From contig NC_135763.1 in the NCBI RefSeq assembly GCF_052425735.1, forward strand, positions 1,116,001 to 1,180,000: a DNA stretch of 64,000 nucleotides, read 5' to 3'. The translations under genes and the position numbers were made by a program. Positions 45,801 through 59,749 of the stretch are shown here, piece by piece (the first letter of the stretch is position 1; every line of letters begins with the position of its first letter). The DNA is from Oculina patagonica (taxonomy: Eukaryota). The notes under the pieces are model-generated. The model was not told the DNA's origin and did not search any database. It saw only the letters and a list, made by a program, of their open reading frames with translations.

Positions 45801-48800
45801 CACTAAGGGCATGATTAACATGATTACATGGCAAATTCCAGCCCAGTTTGGCGGTGGAATTTTGTTTTCGAATTTCAGCCCGGCTTAAACACTTTGAAAA
45901 CTGAAAAATTATCATGGCGGATTGGCCGCCCTCATTCTCTTTCGTTGAAAACCATCACTGCGCATCCCTAAGCTCACTTTTTAGCCGGGGCTGAAATTTG
46001 AATGCGATTACAGGAGGTTTTTTCAGCCCGTTAGCCCGGGCCTAAAGTTGCCTTTTACGAAAGTCACGAAAGAATCCCGTATCCAAATCTTCTCAACCCT
46101 CGAGAAGTGAGTAACGTCTGGGTACGTTGTTAGTCACAAAAAAAACCCGGTTCAGCTCGGACGTTTGTCAAGTTGCTATAATATACAGCCTAAACATGAT
46201 TTTGTTCTTGTAGGACTCAACCCCTCATCATTCCATTCCGTGAGAGTAAACTGACGCGCTTGTTCCAGGGATTTTTCTGCGGTAAAGGCCGCGCGTCCAT
46301 GATAGTAAATGTCAACATGTGTGCTTCCATGTTTGACGAGACCTTCCATGTCATGAAGTTCTCAGCTATCGCCAAAAAGGTGAGGAATTTGCGGTATTAA
46401 ATTAATAATCTCGAAATTTAATATCAACGCTAAAAGTATTTTTTTGGGACGAATGTCACCATTATTAAATAAAAATTTTATATGGTACACTATACAGAAC
46501 AATATTTATAAAAAAAAAAATAAAAAAAAAAATTAAAAAAAAATAAAGGAGGAAAAAAAAAAAAATATAAAAATAAAATAAATTTTATTTTCATTATTTA
46601 GATTCCGAATATTTTTTTTTTTTGTATTTATTTTTAAAAAAATTTAAAATTTCCTCGAAATTTAATACGCGCGAAAAAATCATTGCGCGAAATTTAAACA
46701 CGCGAAAATTAATACAATATTATATACCAAAACAATTGATATTTTAAATGTTTAAAACTGCAACTATCTACCCTTGAAAATATCTTTCGGTCTTGTTTTC
46801 GACTAACAAACCCTTCCTTTGATTATTGTTTTCTTCAGCTTGTAAATTGGCCAAAACCTCTTTAGTACACTCACCAAAGTTTCCGTTTGCACAGGCTTCT
46901 TATAGGTTACATTGAGCCACACCTTTGTATATTTCCAGTAGATCCTCAGTCTTTGACGACTGATCCATAAAACACTGACAAAATTTCGAAATTTAATACA
47001 GTTTTGCTGTAATTTTTCTTGCAATCGCGAAAATTAATACTCGCGAAATTCGGCTCCCGAATTTTCACGAAATTAAGTACGCGGGAAAATTAGTAAGAAT
47101 AAGGTACTTCGTATGCATGTTAACCGAGGAGTTTTTTTTTTTTTTTTGTTTCCGTTTTATAAAAAAAAAAAAAGAAAAAAAAAAAAAAAATATTCCCCCC
47201 TTTCTTTATTTTCAGGTTACCACTAGGGTTTCAAAACCAGTTGATTTACCTCCACCGTCCAAGAAACCCCGCGCTTTGGCACCAACACCACGCTCCAAAC
47301 CAACAAGGATGTCTGTACCATGGGCCAATGGAGCGCTCTGCACGCCAGCCCCTCCAGATGACGCTCCACTGGTGGAGGAGGACGAAGAGAATGAAGAAGG
47401 TGAAATAGGAACTGGAGAGCCTGGTGCCTATCAGCAGGTGTGTAAAATGTGCTGCCGCGGCGGGGAGGGGTAAGGGCTTTTATCTGATTGGTTCAGTCGG
47501 ATCAATTCGCTCTCGCAACTTGGAGACTTGTATGTACGGCTGTTTCCCCAACAATAAACTTTCTTTTCGTGCATTTAGTTATAGTTTCATGAGATTACTG
47601 CTTCTGAAGAGTTCGAAAGTCGCGTAGTTTAAATTAACACCTTTTTTAGCAAAACTGCGCATTCCCCGCGTTGTCGCCGTAATCTAACTTTCCTCCTCTT
47701 TCGGTACTTGCAGCAACTTATGGACTTAGTAAAAGCTCTACAAGAAAAGTTAATCGAAGAGAAACGCAAGATGCAGACATTAGAAGTAAAGATACGAGAA
47801 GAAGTGTGTCTGGAGATGGCTGAACAGCTTGTCTCAATTGAGAAAGCCTACAGGTAAAACGAGGCACGCCAGACCCTAACCCTAATGGTTGAATGTTATA
47901 AGCGAACATAACGAAAGAAGAGCGTTTTAAGAGCCCAGAACCGCCGACGGGTTAGCTCAGTTGGTAGAGCGCCGGACTGTTGTGCAGGAGGTCTCGGGTT
48001 CGACTCCGAGACCGGACCAAAACTCAGGGTCTTATAAGAGCTAAGGAGAACAAATTCTGCCTTTGCAATGACATCTGCAAATGGATAGATATTCTAGTCT
48101 TCTCGGATAAGGACGATAAATCGTACGCCCCGTTCCCTGTATCTTCAGTCAGTGTTTCACTGTTATACGGTCAGCAAGGGACGGAAAAGAACCCACACTC
48201 TTATCGAAAAGAGTAGGGCACGGAGTTCCCGGTGTTGTGGTCTGGTCTTGTTTGACGGGTTCGTACTTCACATAGGGTTAACCTCTTTGGGTTTTTCCCA
48301 CTTGGACAGAATTGTCCAAGAAAAATTGCAATAGCTATGACTTTGATTAGAGAAAAAAGTTTGTTCGGTGAGCGATACATCTTTAAGCGTAAGGTCAAGG
48401 CCATCATCAAAAACTAAGTTTGCAAATGCACGTAAATTTTGCAGTGAACGCGTTAAAATGGAGGTCACCGCTGTCGAGGAAAAGTGTGATCGCAGGATCG
48501 AATTGCTGACGCAGTCAGTCAAAAAGACCAGGAAAAGAGCCCGGATTGAACGAGTTGTGGAGGACGACGAGGAATGGGTACCAAGTGTGTTTTTACACGC
48601 AGAGCAGACCAAAGTTCGAGTGAGTAAATTGGGCCATCCTCGGAGACCCAGTGGCAGTAAGCGGGGCCGGGCGAGGGAAAGTCAAAGAGCGGGGTAACAG
48701 TCAGAGAGCTGTTTGGAACTAACGTGGTATGACTCTTTTCCGAGGGGCTCCTCGCCTTCGTTACAATTTTTCTTCGCCGATTTTCTTCCCCTGCAATTTC

Positions 48801-51800
48801 GACTTTACCTCGCCTTGCCAACTGCCCCTGGGTCTCTGAGGATGACAAAGAACGAATTCTACTCTCATGATAATAAACATCATGATAAGCTATGCACGAA
48901 GAACAATTTCATTCTCTATTTTCAGGAGAAACAACAACTTATAAGTGAACTGAACGCAAAGATCGCCGAGCTCCGACAAGAAGTGAAACAGTTGAAAGAA
49001 AGCAGAACAGAGGAGACTGCTCAATCCGAGGCCGTGCTTGAGCTGCAGACTCACTTAAATGACGCTAATGAGGAAGTCACGGTGCTCAAACAGATGCTTG
49101 AAGAAGCTGGAGAGGCGTTTACCGAGAAGGAAGCTGAGATTAGTAAACTGAAAGCAGCTCTTGACGAAGAGGAAGCTTGCATTAAGAAACAGGTGGGTTT
49201 GACGAGAAACTATGAACGTGCAGCTACGCAACTACTTCAGTGAGTGAGTCCCATAGTCGAATACGAGATCATTCATCAGCTTGACATAAATCCAACCTGC
49301 AAAAAAAATTTCACCATGTAACTGACAAATTATGCACGAGACAAAACACATGAAAAATTGTGTCGTGTAACAGGGTCGACCTTTGGCTATTTCTCAGTCC
49401 CGTGCAGGTTCTCCTGGGTAACCACAAACAACACGCCTTGTTTGGGTTGTTTTTTGTTTCTTTGTTTGCTTGCTTGCTTTCTTGTTTGTTTCTTTGTTCA
49501 GTTTGTATGGAGATTCCATTCCGCTAGGAAGGGAGAAGTAACAAAAAAGTGCGCGAAAGTTCGTATGATTACAAACTAAGCATTGATTGGCTGAATTGAC
49601 GGGGACACTGTTCTGATTGGTTACAGCGTAAACCAATCAAGACCTAACACACGTTAAATTTAAGCTATAGACTTTTCTCAGCCATTTGTTAATTCTCTTG
49701 TGTTCGTGCTAATCTGTCCCCCTAAGCCTCGCTTCAGATTGAAATTTGTTTTGTTTTTTGCACATGCTAACGAGGCATGGCGGTCAGATTAGCATGAATA
49801 CAACAGAATAACAAGTGGCTCAGAAAGGTCTTTAGACTACAGCATTTGTAATAAACATAACTTTCTCTTTCTTCGCGGGCTTAATTTTTCCTCCACTCCA
49901 CTTCTGAGATTCGTCCTGAAAATTCCATAGTGATGACGAAGCTTCACAGAGCTCGGTGTCGTGTCTCTGATTGGTTATTACTCGGTTTCGAGTTTTCGCG
50001 CGCAAATAACAACCAATCCGAAACAATACACATATTTCTTAACAGCTACCTCATCTGTTGGATTTTTTGCGAATCTCAGACGTGGAGGGATTGAGCGCGC
50101 GATAATAAATTTGATGGCAAATTACCCAGGATAAACGTCAACCAGCACCGACATTTTATTCTTTATGTGGTTTTTATGCTGTTTTGTCTTTCCAATGCAG
50201 GATGCAGCCTTGAAGCACCTTACTGCTGAACTAGAAAAGGCGAAAGCAGCGCCCAAAGTGATGACAGATCACGATGAGATGTCACGGACGAAAGGAGCTC
50301 TTGAAGTCACCATGGCGAAACTGGCCGACACGGAGAAGAAGTTGGAAACAAAAGACTCCATGATGAAAGAGTTGGTGAGGACTTTGGAGGCAACGCGAGA
50401 GGAACTGGCACGAGAACGAAGTTTTGTCGCCCAAGCGTTTGATAACGATGAAGAAATGATAAGAATCAAAGATGAGCTGCAGAAAGCCGAGGCACAGACT
50501 AAGGAATTGGAGAAAAACCTGGCCACCAAAGACGAAGCTATTTCGTCCCTTAAGAAAGTGATAGAAGAAACAGAGGCACGGAGTTTAGAGAGAAATTCGC
50601 AGGCTGAAGAGACGGAGAAAGCTGTTGCTGAAAAGGCTGCCGAGATAACCGCTTTAGCTAAGCAGCTTGAAGCAGCTAAAGAGGAGATGCACGGCACAAA
50701 AACTGAATTGGAGAAGATCACAGTTGAGGGCAAAGGAAAAGATTCCCAGATTCAGTTGCTGACGAAAGAGTTTAACGAAAAGGTGTCGGAATTGGAAGAT
50801 GCCACGAGAGAAATGTCCGATAAAGTGCCTGCGTTAGAAGATATGAAAAGGCAGGTTTTAGAAAAGGAGACTGAACTGAACAAGGTTAAAGAAGAGAATT
50901 CAAAGACGACAGCCGAGCTGGAAAGTACAAAGAAAGCGTTGGAAGAAAAGGTCGAAGCCTCGGCGAGGATTCAATGTGAAGTTTACCAAACACAAGCCTC
51001 CGAAGCGTTGGAGAAAGGAAATGCCGAAGAAATTACAAAGCAAGCAGCTAGAATAAAAGAAATGGAAGAAGAAATTAAAGAAAAAGCCGTTGAATTGGAA
51101 AATGCCAAGAGTGAAAGTGCAAGAAAGATTAGCGAGTTGGAAGCAGAATTGACAGAGTGTAAAAAGGAGATGAAAAAGCTTCAGAGTGGAGATGCTTTGG
51201 CGGAACTAGAGCAGCAATTAGAAGAGTCCACGAAAGCTTTGGACAAGAAAAACAGTCAGGTTATTGCAAGAAATAACAACATTAAAAGACTGGAGATGTC
51301 GTTAGCTGAGAAAGAGAGGCTTCTGGCCGAAATGGAAAAACTGCCCAAAGAACCGAACTTGAGAGCTAAGGAAGAATTGAAGACTTTGCGACGTCGTCTT
51401 GTCCAGACGGATAAAGAAAAAGACGAAAGCAGAGAACTCTTGGGTAAAAAAGACGAAAAACTTGAAGAAGCTAAACAAGAACTCGAGAAGCTAAAAAAAG
51501 ACGGTGACGAGAAATCCGCCAAGTTCTTGAGAGAGCTTCAGGAATCAAGGACGGAACTTGACGAGGTTAAAGAAGACACAAAGAAGAAACAGGAGCAAAT
51601 AAAATCATTGAAAGAAAAATTGGATACCCAAAATCTGAAAAACGCCTGTCTGCAGACACAGCTTGAGAATGAGAAGAGAGGATTGCTAGAAAAAGAAAAA
51701 GCTGTCCAAGAAGCTAAGACAGAATTAAGCGTCGCAAAGAGTTCATCCGCAACTGAGCTCGATGAGGCGAGAAAGCGGCTAGCTTCCACTGAAGAAAAAG

Positions 51801-54800
51801 TTCAAGAGTTAGAAGACGAGGCTTTCACTGCTAACGAAACAACCTCTCGAATTCAAGATGAAGTGAAAAGATATGAAAAAGAAATAGTGCCTGGTCTGGA
51901 AAACAAAGTGAAAACTTTGGAGGAAGAACTTCTTCACAGCGGCGAAAGAGCCAAGGTATCATTTTGTCTAGTCTAGTGTATTAAAGAGCTGAATTGGCTT
52001 ATGTGGGAGCAGATGGGAGTGGTGAGGTTCCCCCTTTTTTTTTATTTACTTGACAAAATATGTTGTAAAATACACACTAGGTGACTCGCTAAAATGTTTT
52101 GAGTAATTTCATAAAAGAGAGCCGTTTACATCAAAACCAAAGTTATGACAATGGCCAATTACAATAGTCTGAATTGTCAGCCGAGGAGTGGCGCGGGCGA
52201 CAAGGGTTAGAACGAGACTCAAGCCGTCTGACAATTCAGACTTCGATTACAATAAGAAAACCGGCGGAAAATGTACCAAGCGCGGGACAAAGCTGCGGTT
52301 GAGTTTGGGCTAGGGTTACTTTATAAATATTTTTTTTAGGAGGCTGAGGAGAAGCTTGAACAGGAGTTAAATGAAGCTCTATCACGATTGGAGAAAAGGA
52401 ACGAAGAAATTGAACAAAAGGTCATGGAAATCAACGAGCTGAGAGAAGCTATAAAGACCTCAGATCAAGAAAAGTTCCAGGAATTGGATAAGGTGTGCTT
52501 TTGTAGAATTATTATAATTGTCAAACTCCGGGTTTAATATAAAACATTTTTGAGTTTTTTTTACGAATTTACATTCATTTATAGATTTTCTAGTTAAACA
52601 AGTTTGTGTAGCTACTTTGTTTTTAAAAGTTTTTTCAGAAAGGTTGTAGTTGAAGGCGTTGAAAACTAAGGTCTCCAGATCGATGTGCTTTACAGTTTTA
52701 AGGAATTCCTTCGCACTGTCACCGAAAGTTTGTTGAAACAGAAGGAATGTAACCTGCCATCAGGCGTTCTAAAGAAGGGGGGGAGGGGAGATCTAGGTAG
52801 AAGGAATGTCGCTCAATTCTATGGCATAAGACCTTTACGAGTTCTAGATTTAGTTCTAGTAACATTATTTTAAAAAATTCGGAAGCTTTTTTTATTGCAC
52901 TTTATTAAATTCACCTCGCATCGTATCAATAGTTAGTGACCTCGTCATCTCAATGGGTTCCTGGCATTTTGTTGAGTTTCAGGTGACCTCTATATTTAAC
53001 GTTCATGTACTTCTAACGCAGGCAAACATTGCGTAGCTTATTTAGTTTTATTTTCTCTTTTATCTTTCCAGGTCTATCAGGACATGATGTTCATGCAGAA
53101 AACTATCGAGGAAAGAAACAAAACTATTGACAAACATGAAGAAAACCTTCGTGAAGCAAACTTAAAACAAGGAATCAAAAACTTAACCAGAAATTAGAGG
53201 TCAACAAGAGAAGTCGAAGGAGCAGATTAAGACACTTACAGAACAGCTCAAGGCACTTAATGAAGAAAAATGTTCCTTGGAGGAAAGGCTTCGCTTTGTT
53301 GAGTCAGGTATTTTTTGAGTCGTCTACGCTATATTGTATTAAAGGCATGCATACACTTACATGAATATAGGCCGGGGGGGGGGGGGTGGGGGAGAGTGGA
53401 GTTGTAACAATGGGATAACCATTTTTCTGTGCAAGATTAAATACCATAAGTAGATTCCAAATAATAAGACCCGGATTATCGAGAAAAATTTCAACTAAAT
53501 TATATCCACGGTTTTCCACTCGCTTAATTAAATAAAAAATTGCCCCAAACAAGATGCTGTCAGATCATGTCATCACTCCCGGAACAAAATAACTGGTTAC
53601 TTGGTTTCCAACGTTTGTAAATTCGTGGGGGCGGTGACACGTTTTCGCGCACTTTGCACCGCGTACATATGTTTGCGTTGAGTAGCTCTGTGATAACTTT
53701 GATTTTGATTTAAAGGCAGTTGTTTAAAAGCCGCAAACAATTTAGTTGAACGAACGGCACAAACGTACCTATTGAATCACAATCTTGTTTTCTTTAGAAT
53801 TAGATGCTGGAAAAGACAAAGAACTCATTGCCGACCTGAAAAAGGCTTTAGAGGAGCAAGATGGCACGCTAGAAGAGCAAGGCCAGGCCCTTGATGAGCG
53901 GCAGAACGAGATAGAAATAGTCATTACGGAGATGCAAGCCTGGCAAGAAAAGTGCGCTCTAACAACCAAAGAACTGGAGATGAAGAAAGAGGAGATCAGT
54001 TGTTTAAAAAAGCAAGCTTTGGTCGCAAGCAATGAAAACAACCGTCTGGAAACTCAGATGAAAGATTTATCGAGCAAACAAGAATTAACCGAGTTGAACG
54101 TTAACGTGCGCTTGGAGAAAATGGAGGAGGAAATACGACAGTTAAAGCAGGATCGTTTGTCTCTTGAAGCGCAGCTGGAAAAGAAAGATGAGGAGATAAG
54201 AAAGGCCCATGATTCAAGAGACACGACCATGAAAACAATGCGTGAAGCGTTTGAAGTGGCCAAGGCTAAAAAGGCAGAGTACGAAGTGAAACTTGCCACA
54301 GTGAGAGAGCAGTGTCGACAGGAGTTGAAGAGAGAGATGGATGAGGAGCTACGGAGAACGAAACGGGACTACCAGAGGATGATTGATGACAGGGACAAGA
54401 GTCTGGAAGAAGTAAAGAGCGAGAAAGAGTCTGTGGAAAAGGCGCTGGCTGCTGAGAGGGCTGAAACATCAAAGACTGACTCGTCTGCTTCGGTAAGGAT
54501 ATTTAAACTGAATTTCTCCGCTTGGAAAGGTGTCTTGGTGTTTTTTCGACAACTGGCGCCTCCCCCACCCCACCATGCTTCAGTGAAGACATATTTCAGA
54601 CCCAAAAGAGTGTCCACTTAGAGGACCCTAGTAAGCCCCGCCTTAAATCCGTCTTTTTCCATGCCATTAAATAATGAAAATTGAGAGGTGAAGTGAAAAT
54701 CGGCGACAGTTGTGCTTGCAGTTTCACGGCGATCTCTTTCGTGTAGACACGCTCTGCGTGAAATATAATACCGAAAGTTCCGTTTGTATGTGGTTACGAT

Positions 54801-57014
54801 TGTGTTTTCGTGTATGCCTAGGGGTGTTGCCCTTTTATTAAATAGAGGAGGCTGACTGTGTAGCATCGCACGTATCATGTGAACATTCGCTAACGCACAC
54901 CTCTCGAAAGTGGACAGTTTTCTGGGCCCAAGTGTATGCTTTTGCTTTCAATCATTCAGGAGGGTTTTTTTAATATTAAACTTATAAACTCTCTTTATTG
55001 TGTTTAGGACCCTGACACTAAAGACAGCACGGATGAGAAGCCATCTACTACACGATCGAGTCAAAAGAAAACCTTAAAGAGAAACAGTAGCGAGATCACA
55101 CTGGCTGAGGTAACTACTGCTGGAGAATTTGAAAGTCTTTTTTACACGCACTCTGTGTTGCTTACGGAAATACTTTATGCTAATTTGTTTTTGGTCCTTT
55201 GATTCGCAAACCAAAGGGGGAAGGGGAGGGGGGGGGGGGAGGGTTAAAAAAATGATACCAGTAGTACTCTCAAGTTGCTGATTGGCTAAGGAAGGGCCGC
55301 TTGATTTTCCCGAATGGTGATTTTGCGCGGGAAGATTTACAGGTGAGATTTAGTAAAGGCGGGTAAAATGGAATGGCACGCTCAACCGCTACTAAAAGAC
55401 AGGGTCGTCACGGCCATAGAAATACAGGGAAACTAAATTTTTTTACTAATTTTTACTTTCCTGTACTCTGTTTCAGCTCAAGAATCAATTATCAGCCTCA
55501 AAAGCGCGAAAGACTGGAGACAGCGACGAAGAGTTTACGCCAGGATCAGTTCGAAAAACGTGAGTGGTTTGTAGTTTGATTTAAAATGGATGTGAAAAAA
55601 AAAAACATTGTCTGCCTTTACAGAGTAATTCCTATAAATTTTGTTTTTCTTTGCAGGCGAAGTCGGGCGTCGACCAAAAAAGCTGGCCGATCCAGTTCGT
55701 GCAGATCTAAACGGACGACTCCTGCGGCTAAAGTTGACATTTTGCCAACGATGGTAATAATGCTTGTTTTAATCCTTAGTTTCAATTTACTTACTGGAGT
55801 AACGTATGCCGGTTAAAACTTACGCCAGGTCATTTGCAGGACTCAAGAGCCGATCGCCTGGAGTGGGTGCAGCAATTGTACAGTACGGACAGTCTATTTC
55901 CACGATTTCGCACCATACTGCTGTAGTTTTAATCAAAGATGATCATAAATGGGACTTCCAAGAAATGTTCATCTTACTTGGCGATGCACTACACATATCT
56001 ATTCGGTGTCCTTTAGAGCAATGCATGTCAATATTTTTTTTGTATTTTCTTTGCAGGACGAGACGAAACCATCTAAAGCTGGAGGTGTAGCGGAAAAGAA
56101 AAAGTTGTTTAAAGACTTACAAGAAAATATAAGCAGTGCAGGTATAAAGTCATACTCAGAACATTTGTAATTTTGTGACTGTGTTATAAGTCTAATCTTT
56201 GGTAAGATGTCCACTTGAGCCAGGTAACCTAATGCCGCAGCATACTTCGTGTTCTCCTATGCGAAGTGTCCCCCACTTGTGGGTAGTGCAACTACGCACA
56301 CTGATTGCAGTAAGCTTAATGGAATTTTTCTTCTTGTTTTGTTGTATCAGGTGAAGAAAACGACAAAGACTCGGCTCAGTCAATGGAAGAAACAGAAAAC
56401 ATTCCTCCAAAGGCGAGTCAATCCACGACGAAAAAGCGGAGGAAGCTATTCCAGAAACCTTCTGCAGTAGCAGCTTTGTTGTCTCCGGCGACAGTCACAG
56501 TGAGTTATTTGTTATTTACGAGGTGAAGTTACTTCCCGGTTCAGGCGTTGAAAATCTTGGATTCGAATTTCGTCTTTCTGTCAAGGGTGGTAACCCCATT
56601 AACGCTTTTGCGGGACTTAAACAGTTTTCACCCACACCAAGATCAGGCAATTGCTTTTGAGCTTGATGTATTTTCGCGCAATTAAAAATACTTGTTAAGT
56701 CGAACATTTTGACCGGGAATAACCTGCAGTTCGCTAACTCCCAAAGAGCGATTAAGAACAGGGAAAAGTGGAGTGAGCTGGTCACAAAATTGATAGTGAT
56801 GACCTAACGACTATCCCTCCTCTCCAAACCCCCAGGGTATGGAACAAGTGAAAGTGATTTGTTATTATTGTTGTTTGCTATAAACATTTAACGATGTAGC
56901 TAATCGTGTTATTTTGAATGTTTACAGGGAAGCCGGGATGTGAAAACCGAGCAAGATTCCACAAGGAACATAGTGGCCAGACAACTGCGTCCACGGGCTA
57001 TCAAATATAACTGA
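39863..57014 (+). CDS. KIF20B: Kinesin-6 family KIF20A/B-like motor with very long coiled coil (~1,920 aa, 23 exons; one exon frameshifted in this assembly)
   Basis: Exons 39863-40333, 40901-41104, 42759-42888, 43566-43790, 44528-44571, 44709-44776, 44880-44951, 45637-45783, 46214-46379, 47216-47437, 47714-47853, 48445-48619, 48926-49192, 50201-51955, 52340-52492, 53072-53307, 53798-54492, 55008-55109, 55477-55559, 55657-55753, 56057-56141, 56351-56499, 56928-57014. Motifs YLRVRP, P-loop GVTNSGK|T, long loop-6 insert typical of kinesin-6, '[10 protein letters not shown]', switch I NQCSSRSH, switch II DLAGSE, 'IPFRESKLT'. A versus B assignment rests on length only. Confidence 0.88.
41284..42124. 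mobile_element. TIR element in KIF20 intron 2 (Kolobok-like, YTAA/TTAA flanks)
   Basis: AGGGAGTGGTCATTATTTATGGGGAG and its reverse complement at ~42100-42125. Confidence 0.6.
43857..44170. mobile_element. Harbinger-like MITE
   Basis: AGGCCTGGCCCAACGG / CCGTTTGGCCAGGGCT with TAA flanks. Confidence 0.5.
47944..48330 (+). mobile_element. tRNA-derived SINE (another family) in KIF20 intron 11
   Basis: TTAGCTCAGTTGGTAGAGCG...GGGTTCGACTCC head followed by a body containing TAGTCTTCTCGGATAAGGACGATAAA; an inverted fragment of the same body lies at ~58330-58360. Confidence 0.65.
48635..48844. mobile_element. MITE 15 bp into KIF20 intron 12
   Basis: CATCCTCGGAGACCCAG / CTGGGTCTCTGAGGATG; a truncated relative starts at ~43407. 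Confidence 0.65.
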
Positions 57015-57170
57015 GTTTCAATAGCTAGTAATGCCAAGATGAACACGGGAATAAGCATATTTTAATTTCACATCATCAAATTTGTGTTTGTGTAAATAAG
57101 CAAATTAAAATGTAGATAGAAGTCATAACCGCTGCCTCTCGTTTAATTTTATCCGTGTTGTAAATAATTA

Positions 57171-57331
57171 CAGTGGAACCCCGATATAACGATATGCCAA
57201 GGGGGCAGTAAAATTATATCTTTATATCGAGGAATCGTTATATCGGGGTTCCGTCCCATACATTTTACTTTTGCCGGGACATAACATATTCATCGTTATA
57301 TCGGGAATATCGTTATATCGGGGTTCCACTG
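57171..57331. mobile_element. ~160-bp Tc1/pogo-type MITE, copy 2 (just downstream of the KIF20 stop)
   Basis: Same TIR and interior as 4369-4529, opposite orientation, TA TSD. Confidence 0.85.
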
Positions 57332-57430
57332 TACAACGTTCCAGCAAGGTACAAGAAATACTTCACAGTTCAAAATGTGCTTCGCCAACTCTCGGAGCAT
57401 TATGTGGCGTCGTACACCAAGAGTAAAATC

Positions 57431-59749
57431 TACGGAAGCCTTTAAGGGACATTTGAGATGCGACTTAATTCAAGAAGAAAAAAATTCTACAGGTTAATGC
57501 GAGTTAAAAAAAAATGCGAGATGCGAGATAAAAAAAGTGCGAGATGCGAGATAAAAAAAATGCGAGATGGGAGATAAAAAATGCGAGATACGACATGTGC
57601 GAGATAAAAATGCGAGATGGAGATAAAAACGGAGATGCGACAAAAAAAATGGAGATGCGAGAAAAAATGCGAGATGCGAGATAAAAAAATGCGAGAGGAG
57701 AAAAAAATGCGAGAGGAGAAAAAAACGAGATGGAGATAAAAAATGCGAGATGTGAGATAAAAAATGCGAGATGGGAGATAAAAAAAAATGCGAGATGCGA
57801 AATAAAAAAATACGACATGCGAGATAAAAATGCGAGATGCGAGATAAAAAATGCGACATAACAGGACAGGGGCACGTGCCAGTTCTCTAGACACGTCAGG
57901 CATGATGGATATTTGTTAATCATCCACTCCTCTCAGTGATTTTTAGCACTGGTTGGGGTATTTTTCCAGCCGACTGCTTATGGTGCAGTTTACAAGTAAT
58001 GAAAGAATAAGTAATGATGCCAGTGTAAAACTGAGATAGACTACTACTCCGGGGACTAAGTCCCCTACTCTTTACGAAGAACAGGGATGCAGGGGACCCG
58101 CCGAGCGGCCCGCGCCGGATCCTGCAGAAACCGACCAGACGTCACCAAGTGCAAACGAGGGGGGCAGAATGAACACAGCAGAGCACCCAGGGCCAGACAA
58201 AGTACTGCCAGCCGGACGCCGATGCCACGCCCCCGCCACCAGCTGCAATCAATTGGCTTTACGAAGAGTGTGTGAGTTTTTAACGTCACACAGAATTTAT
58301 TTCATATGCAAGGCTTGTAAGACTAGACTGACGGTTTATCGTCCTTAACCGAGAAGACTATAGAATATCTTACCAGAACCCGAGACCTTAAGCACAGTAG
58401 AACTTGTTCTGAGCTATAAGGGACCGGTCAATATTTATCAGGGGGGAGGGCCACTAAATCTTCGAAAAAGTGGGCTAAAAAATTGTGACCCTCCCCAAAT
58501 TGGAGTCTAAAAAATTGTGACCCTCCCCTTTGAATGTACACATTCTTGATGTTGTAAAAACCATTGGTTTACAGTTCATTTTATTTTGCTGCGTTCTTTT
58601 GTCTGTTTTCTATGTTTTTGCTGTTGTTGATCCCAACCCAAATCTTTCTAATTAAAATTGGCGTTGAGGGTGAGCTTTGGAATTAGCGAAGCTGCGTGCC
58701 CTCTAGGGTGGCTTTGTATTCTCCCCCCAAAAAACTTTCGGAATATCAATTCCTCCTAGATCTGTTTTCCGCGATTATGAGCAACAATATTGCCCTTCCA
58801 GAACGGCATTTAGATCACTGTTGTTTCTAGCAATTAAAAGTAGGTTACAAAATGAAACTAAAAAGGAGCGATATACCTTATTACATGAAATTTTGGGCAT
58901 TTATTTAGGTTTAGGTTTTTAAAAAATGTAATTTAAAAAAATTATTAATAATAATACTTTTTTTTTTCAAAAATAAAATATTTTAAATAAAAGCACCACA
59001 AAATTTACTTTGTTTGGGCGTTCATTGATCAGGTGTACTTTAACTTCCTGGGTTCAAAATGAACTGTTTCATTAAAAATTATTTCATGCTGAGAATAATT
59101 CCTTCACTGTAGAATGCATCTGATTGCATAAGACTCAAGCTTAATGCGTGAGGTCCAAGCAGCCTTGACTCAAACAGCTGTTCACATTACACAAACAAGC
59201 TTAGGGGGTCTGGGGGCATGCTCCTTCGTGAAAACTTTTTCATTTTATGTCTTCTAAAATCACAAGAAAATTTACTCAAAGCTGTCAAAAAAAATGAAAA
59301 GTTATTAAATTATCCCAGTAAAAAACACCTGTTATCAAAGGTCCAAACTAAGTATTAAGCAATAGTCACTATTGAAAAAATTTTTCTTATAAAAATCACT
59401 TGAGGCACTTTTAGAGTTTTTCCCTAAAAAAAGAGAGCCCTTCCCTAAATACAGTTTATAAAGTAGTGGCCCTCCCCAAATTGGCGCTTAAAAAGTAGTG
59501 ACCCTACGCCCAAATATAGTGGCCCTCCCCCCTAACCGGTCGGCGGGAAAAAATGGGGACGAGGTTCGCGAATTTTTCTATCTCGCATTTTTATCTCGCA
59601 TTTTATCTCGCATCTCGCATTTTTTATCTCGTATCTCGCATTTTTTTTTTTATCTCGCATCTCGCATTTTTTTTAACTCGCATTAACCTGTAGAATTTTT
59701 TTCTTCTTGAATAAAGTCGCATCTCGAATGTCCCTTACAGGCTTCCGTA
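57431..59749. mobile_element. Non-autonomous IS3EU-like element with minisatellite-filled inverted termini
   Basis: Ends TACGGAAGCC.TAAGGGACATT / AATGTCCCTTACAGGCTTCCGTA, 6-bp TSD AAAATC; ATGCGAG(ATAAAAA) arrays at 57497-57858 (+) and 59575-59682 (-). Confidence 0.7.

Noticed and set aside
47944-48016. tRNA gene candidates here and at 10490-10562 and 10746-10822
   Set aside because: Acceptor and anticodon stems are imperfect and the sequences are embedded in repeat bodies; they are tRNA-derived repeats, not tRNA genes.
50269-54617. Ser/Phe-rich minus-strand ORFs
   Set aside because: Antisense shadows of the E/K-rich coiled-coil exons.
57487-57923. Three overlapping 120-140-aa ORFs (SRIF/SHLAF repeats), or a CRISPR-like array
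   Set aside because: They are translations of the ATGCGAG minisatellite; there are no unique spacers and no cas genes.
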